A stretch of 37,450 nt of DNA, from contig JAOUEV010000035.1 in NCBI GenBank assembly GCA_029858565.1, forward strand, positions 1 through 37,450. Direction: 5' to 3'. Position 1 is the first letter of the stretch. Every line of letters starts with the position of its first letter. A program made the translations under genes and the position numbers. The DNA comes from Nitrospirota bacterium (GTDB lineage: Bacteria; Nitrospirota; UBA9217). The notes beneath the pieces were generated by a model, which searched no databases, was not told where the DNA came from, and saw only the letters and a program-made list of their open reading frames with translations. Below, piece by piece: positions 32,950-37,450 of the stretch.

Positions 32950-34602
32950 TTAGACTTCCCTCATTACGCGAAGGGGCGTCACATTCACGCTAGCTATAGG
33001 CTTTGGCGTGCTTAAGTATGCCTGATAACTGCTCGACGACCTTAAAAGATAGCTTCGCCCTTCAATCACAAAGCCATCTAATTTCTGCTTTACGACATAT
33101 GATGATAGATCATCTATCTTGTTTATAAATCCTCTACCATTGAAGTTCAACGAGGTGTTGCACAAGACACCGTAACCAGTACGCGCCTTGAATGCGATGA
33201 GCAAATTGTACAAGCTTCGGTTGGTCGCAGACGACACTGTCTGAATACGGGCAGTCCTATTCACGTGAGTAACAGCCGCCAGCGCATTCGTTCTTACACT
33301 ATACGTATAAAGCATATGCGGACTCGCGTGGTCGCAGCCAAACCACCGCACAGCATCTTCTTCCAAGCAAACAGGAGCAATCGGACGGAATTGCTCACGC
33401 TGCTTGATCTCATTTAACCTCGCTCTGGTGTTATCACGGAATGGTGCCGCAAGAATTGAACGGTTGCCCAAGGCCCGAGGACCGATTTCATATTTGCCGC
33501 TCACCCATGCCAGAATGAGGTCATTGGCCAACATGTCTGCAATCATTTCATCATCAGCCTCGTAAAGATCATACTGCGACATATCGAAAGACCAAGTCGT
33601 GTCGAAGCTAAGGCCTGAATAGACGTTCCAATCAATTTTTGGGTTCCCCGTAAAATGGAACTGGGCGTCGATCGCTGTCCCGATCGCAGAACCTGAATCG
33701 TTTGCAACAGGCGGCACGAAGACCTCGGGAAAAAGGCCTGATTCCTTCCACTTGGTATTCCAGTCGCAATTCAGGCCACATCCACCTGCAATAATCAGCG
33801 GCATTCTTTTCTTCATGTTCGCTTTCGCGAATTGATAAAATATATCAAAGATCTTGTTGCTAAAAATACCTGCGAAGTTGCGAAATTCTGGATCATCTAC
33901 GCCCACATTATGGTACGGCAAATGGCTCGTGTCTCCGTGCGCGGTCAGTTCGAGGTGCGGGCAGTCTTGCAGCAGAAAGTCGATCAACTGTTTCTCGTCA
34001 GCTGAGGGAGTGCTGCGAACGGAAAATGAGGCTAAAGCCATGAGCTTCCCAGCGTCGGCAAACCGAGAAAAGGGTGAATTCTTAGGAAATGCTGGATCGG
34101 CCAAGCCGTAGAGCAGGGCATACCGATGCCCAGGCTCATGCATGACATCTGCAAGTAATGTGATGTTCAGCTCAGAATCGATTTCGTAAAAGGCGCCAAT
34201 CCCCCCCTCCCATGTCAACCCATAGCATGGTGTGCCCTTAGGCAGGTTTGACATACCGAAAGCGCAAAGAAGGTGTGATCGTTCGTGCGAAGACGAGAAG
34301 TACACTATTGGTTTTCCCAGAAGGCGCCGTTGGCCAGTGACAATGTCGTTCTTCAACACGCCACGGTACCCGGCAACAATGCGCGAGCCGGTGACGCTGT
34401 CGTCGCACGGCCACCAACCGCCCGTACAGAGAACATCGGGCACTTCTTCGAGTTCGCCAAGAATGTCGACGACATCATGGCTGGATATAGGTGAGTGTCG
34501 ATAATGTGAGTTCTTCTCCGACTCTATCGAAAATCGTAAACGAGCATCCTTTAGATAGGCGATGCCCCCGTCATGGCCGGGGTTATACGAGAGAATATTC
34601 AT
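32950..34602 (-). CDS. O-carbamoyltransferase (TobZ/CmcH/NodU family)
   Basis: PGHDG, SHERSH, AGKLMALAS, AGGCGLNC, ANDSGSAIG, EIGPRALGNRS, REQFRPIAP, TARIQTV, NTSLN. Start moved to ATG 34602 after GGAG. Confidence 0.93.
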   Translation of the reverse strand: MNILSYNPGHDGGIAYLKDARLRFSIESEKNSHYRHSPISSHDVVDILGELEEVPDVLCTGGWWPCDDSVTGSRIVAGYRGVLKNDIVTGQRRLLGKPIVYFSSSHERSHLLCAFGMSNLPKGTPCYGLTWEGGIGAFYEIDSELNITLLADVMHEPGHRYALLYGLADPAFPKNSPFSRFADAGKLMALASFSVRSTPSADEKQLIDFLLQDCPHLELTAHGDTSHLPYHNVGVDDPEFRNFAGIFSNKIFDIFYQFAKANMKKRMPLIIAGGCGLNCDWNTKWKESGLFPEVFVPPVANDSGSAIGTAIDAQFHFTGNPKIDWNVYSGLSFDTTWSFDMSQYDLYEADDEMIADMLANDLILAWVSGKYEIGPRALGNRSILAAPFRDNTRARLNEIKQREQFRPIAPVCLEEDAVRWFGCDHASPHMLYTYSVRTNALAAVTHVNRTARIQTVSSATNRSLYNLLIAFKARTGYGVLCNTSLNFNGRGFINKIDDLSSYVVKQKLDGFVIEGRSYLLRSSSSYQAYLSTPKPIASVNVTPLRVMREV

Positions 34603-34606
34603 AATG

Positions 34607-36775
34607 CTAGCTCCGTTGCCGATTCGCTTCCAGCGCAATCGATCTTATGAAAGTGGTTGTTGGGAGTCGTCGGCTGGTCAGCCGACCGGCAAGCTCTTTG
34701 GAGCGTGATGGCCAAGCGTTTACATGGAGGGCCATCGGAAGATGGGGAATCGGTGTAGGTTCCCAATCAGCACGCCTATGAACTAGACGATTGTCAACAA
34801 ACCAGCGAATCTCGCTCGGCCCCCATTCTATCGCGAACCGATGGTCAGATTCTGATGCGTCAAAACCAAGGTCGATATAGCTTGCTGCACCTCTATATCC
34901 GTAGTCAAACTTCGCTCCCTCGCCACCAGGATTGTAAAAGACATTGACCAAGAGACGATCTGTTCGATTTCCCGCAATTTCGATATCAATTTCCTGCCTC
35001 GGTGAATCGCGATGGAGAAAGAACCCGGTAACCACACCGGGTACGTTTGACGCCTTAAGGATTGCCTCAAAGCTTCCGAATAAGTATCGGTCGCGACTTG
35101 TTAACGATGCAGCGCTATATTCTCGAACACCTAGGGATTCTCTCCTTATACTGAGCGCAGCCCCGATCCCAGAACGAAACTCGACGTTTGAGGGACGAAA
35201 CAACGCCAGGTTGTCTGTGAAGGTATCGTCTCGCAGAAGCCAACGACTTGTGTCGAGAAGTTCTAAGGAGTCGTTAATTCTAACGGGAGTTGCAGCGCTC
35301 GATGCTGTCCCATTTGTCGGGACGGATCGAATGCCTTGCCACCACTGACGGGGCTCAACAACCCATGGAGACTTATCGCGTTTCGTCGTCTTGCAGCTTA
35401 GGATTGGACACGCTTCGATGGGTCCTCCGATGAGCTGTCTCTGGCCAAGGTCAGTGAGATTAGGAAAGGAACAGGCTGGCGGCGCGCAGCTAAGGTGTTC
35501 ACAAACGACATGCCATTTATTGGATGCTTCTGAATGAAGAACGGCAATATCGGCGCCTTTGAGATCACCGGCAATATTTAAGTCAGAGAAGTCTTCAATT
35601 CTAGCCTTGCCAGTGGTGATTATAAACTTAGCTTGGGGGTAACGCTCCCTGAGCTCTCGGACTTTGCCTGCCAGCAATCTGATGTTTACATATGCGTCAA
35701 ACACCCGATCACCGTGCCCTGCCAAAAGCTGCTCAAGCTCAGGACCGGGAAGCGCCTGGAGGTCACTACAGCATCTGTATCCAAGCATGGAAAGGGCCAT
35801 TGCGAGTGATGTAAGACCAGAACCTTCGGGTCCAAAAGCAAACACAGGCCCCTCAGTTGGACGACCGTGGAACAGAGATGCCGCTTCACTGGTGATAGCG
35901 CCAATTTTGGTAAGAGCGGGGAGTATTGAATACGAGTTGGTGGAGCTAGCATCGCGTCGCTGACTAATAATAGACCGTCTTGTCGCGAATACATCCAACA
36001 CATCGAACTGGTGGTTTATCCAGAGGTCCACTGGCCCACGACAGGGGAGGAGTCGGAGTAGCTTTTTAGCGCCTTCGCGGGAAAGAACGTATCCAGACAA
36101 GTGCCAGAGTCCACGCACAGGACGGTAAACGTTATCTGAAAGAAAGGTCTTCGGGGCACCGTGCTTCACTTCTACATATGACACGTAGAGGATGTCGAAA
36201 TTGCCAAGCCTGTCTCCATTGGTCTTGATTTCGCCCCACGCTTGATCCAGATGTGAAGAAAAATTGGATTGGAACCACACGTCGTCCTCAAGGATGAGCA
36301 CATGCTCATGTTTACCAGCCGCGATCTGTCTCCATACGTTGATGTGTGAGCGAGCGATCGCAACCTCAGGTCGACTCATTCGAATCGGAGAATTCAGTTC
36401 AAGCCGTGTGGGGAGAGTTAGCGGTTGGGGCTCCACGAAGAGCTGCTCTCCAAGTGTATAGATTGGATCAATGTCGGCATCTTTAAGAGGCTCCTGCGTG
36501 AAGTCCTTAGCATCAACGGCGGCAGACCGCTCAGCAAGATACCAGAGTTCAGCCCCCGACCAATCTAACACGTGTCTTAGCTCCTGCTCCAACTCGGCCC
36601 AACGAGTTGGTTCGCGATTAAGATTGATGGCGTAAATGCGCTCTATCCGCGGCCGTTCCTTTGTATTCAAGTGGCCGAATGCTTGACATCTTTTCTTCGG
36701 AAGCAACCTCCGACATTTCATCGCGATGCGAAACAAGAACTTCGAAGGTGCGCGCCAGGGAGAGGCGAGGTTCAT
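34607..36775 (-). CDS. Fusion: GT25 glycosyltransferase + sulfotransferase-like P-loop domain + GH16 glycoside hydrolase
   Basis: GT25: INL..RW, EVAIARSH, ILEDD, GYVLSREGAKKLL. Middle: FGPEGSGLTSLAMALSMLGY, YPQAKFI. GH16: GVVTGFF, EIDIE, HRFAIEW, WFVDN. Confidence 0.85.
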   Translation of the reverse strand: MNLASPWRAPSKFLFRIAMKCRRLLPKKRCQAFGHLNTKERPRIERIYAINLNREPTRWAELEQELRHVLDWSGAELWYLAERSAAVDAKDFTQEPLKDADIDPIYTLGEQLFVEPQPLTLPTRLELNSPIRMSRPEVAIARSHINVWRQIAAGKHEHVLILEDDVWFQSNFSSHLDQAWGEIKTNGDRLGNFDILYVSYVEVKHGAPKTFLSDNVYRPVRGLWHLSGYVLSREGAKKLLRLLPCRGPVDLWINHQFDVLDVFATRRSIISQRRDASSTNSYSILPALTKIGAITSEAASLFHGRPTEGPVFAFGPEGSGLTSLAMALSMLGYRCCSDLQALPGPELEQLLAGHGDRVFDAYVNIRLLAGKVRELRERYPQAKFIITTGKARIEDFSDLNIAGDLKGADIAVLHSEASNKWHVVCEHLSCAPPACSFPNLTDLGQRQLIGGPIEACPILSCKTTKRDKSPWVVEPRQWWQGIRSVPTNGTASSAATPVRINDSLELLDTSRWLLRDDTFTDNLALFRPSNVEFRSGIGAALSIRRESLGVREYSAASLTSRDRYLFGSFEAILKASNVPGVVTGFFLHRDSPRQEIDIEIAGNRTDRLLVNVFYNPGGEGAKFDYGYRGAASYIDLGFDASESDHRFAIEWGPSEIRWFVDNRLVHRRADWEPTPIPHLPMALHVNAWPSRSKELAGRLTSRRLPTTTFIRSIALEANRQRS

Positions 36776-36803
36776 TCATCCCCCTCGATATGTTCGTGGT
36801 TTA

Positions 36804-37450
36804 TCATTCTCGATAGCCTCGGCAATTCGAAAGCCTCCAGTTCCTGGGGTCATTCCTATAACTGAGCTGCCATCTGCTTTTGGCAATATTTTCCCATTCA
36901 CACAGCACGAGCAGGGACTGTTCGATTTCGTCGCTCTCAGTTGCAGCGTCATATATCGATTTGGTGAGATTCCCGGGGCCAGTCGTCGATTGGATTTCAG
37001 GCAAGCCGTTCGTCACATCTTTTTCAAGAGATCGGGTGGCTTGATCGAGTGCGCGCTCTATGAGGGGATGGCCGCTGCAAGCAATTAGCGGATTGTTGTT
37101 AAAGTAGAAGATCCAGCTCGGGGCGTTTGCTCCTGGCTTAGCGAAGAGCGATGGAGGCACCATCATATTCGTCGCCATATCATAGCATAGAGGTTGAATT
37201 TTTAACCGACTATCACAGAAGAGGTGTTGGATTTGAGACCCATCGTACACATCATCAGCATCTATGTAGCAGCCACCCTCCACGAGGATATAGCAGAGTC
37301 GAAAGTAGTCTGACTGCATTGCCGGGTGATAGCACTTGTCGTAGGCCCGTTTGTGCCGTGGGCTCAGTCTTCGACAAATAAAATCTCTTGCTTGGTGCTT
37401 GTCGAAAAGGAGTCTCTCAACGCCCTGTTCCTCTGTCCTCCTCCATGTTT
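36804..37450 (-). CDS. DXD-motif glycosyltransferase (GT32/Och1-like), 5' end outside the window
   Basis: Frame stays open to the window edge (TWRR..FDKHQARDFI..YHPAMQSDYFRLCYILVEGGCYIDADD), HPLI, TTGPG. Confidence 0.85.
   Translation of the reverse strand, partial: TWRRTEEQGVERLLFDKHQARDFICRRLSPRHKRAYDKCYHPAMQSDYFRLCYILVEGGCYIDADDVYDGSQIQHLFCDSRLKIQPLCYDMATNMMVPPSLFAKPGANAPSWIFYFNNNPLIACSGHPLIERALDQATRSLEKDVTNGLPEIQSTTGPGNLTKSIYDAATESDEIEQSLLVLCEWENIAKSRWQLSYRNDPRNWRLSNCRGYRE

Overview
Bacterial chromosomal window with two parts. Bases 1-17720 are GC-rich host DNA, and the gene content suggests Nitrospirota or a sulfate-reducer-like organism (inference). They hold the 5' part of a chemosensory operon (MCP-like protein, cheY, STAS, cheA with tandem MshEN-like motifs, a collapsed MCP remnant), four universal stress protein genes and a nitronate monooxygenase/FabX-like flavoenzyme. 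They also hold a TauE/SafE transporter module with GntR, a histidine kinase and two sigma54 activators, plus three sigma54 promoters, IHF sites and candidate enhancers. At 17721 a Tn7-like transposon end (TGT plus four repeated TnsB-type sites) opens an accessory island that runs off the right edge. The island carries a Gabija-like OLD nuclease/UvrD pair, TniQ, TnsC and a TnsA-TnsB fusion, a decayed Cro-like gene divergent from an XRE regulator, and a three-gene restriction-modification locus with complementary methyltransferase motifs. It ends in an unexplained operon: DXD glycosyltransferase, GT25/sulfotransferase-like/GH16 fusion and TobZ/NodU-type O-carbamoyltransferase. This last operon is the best candidate for an undescribed, possibly anti-phage, system. 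No tRNA, rRNA or CRISPR array was seen.
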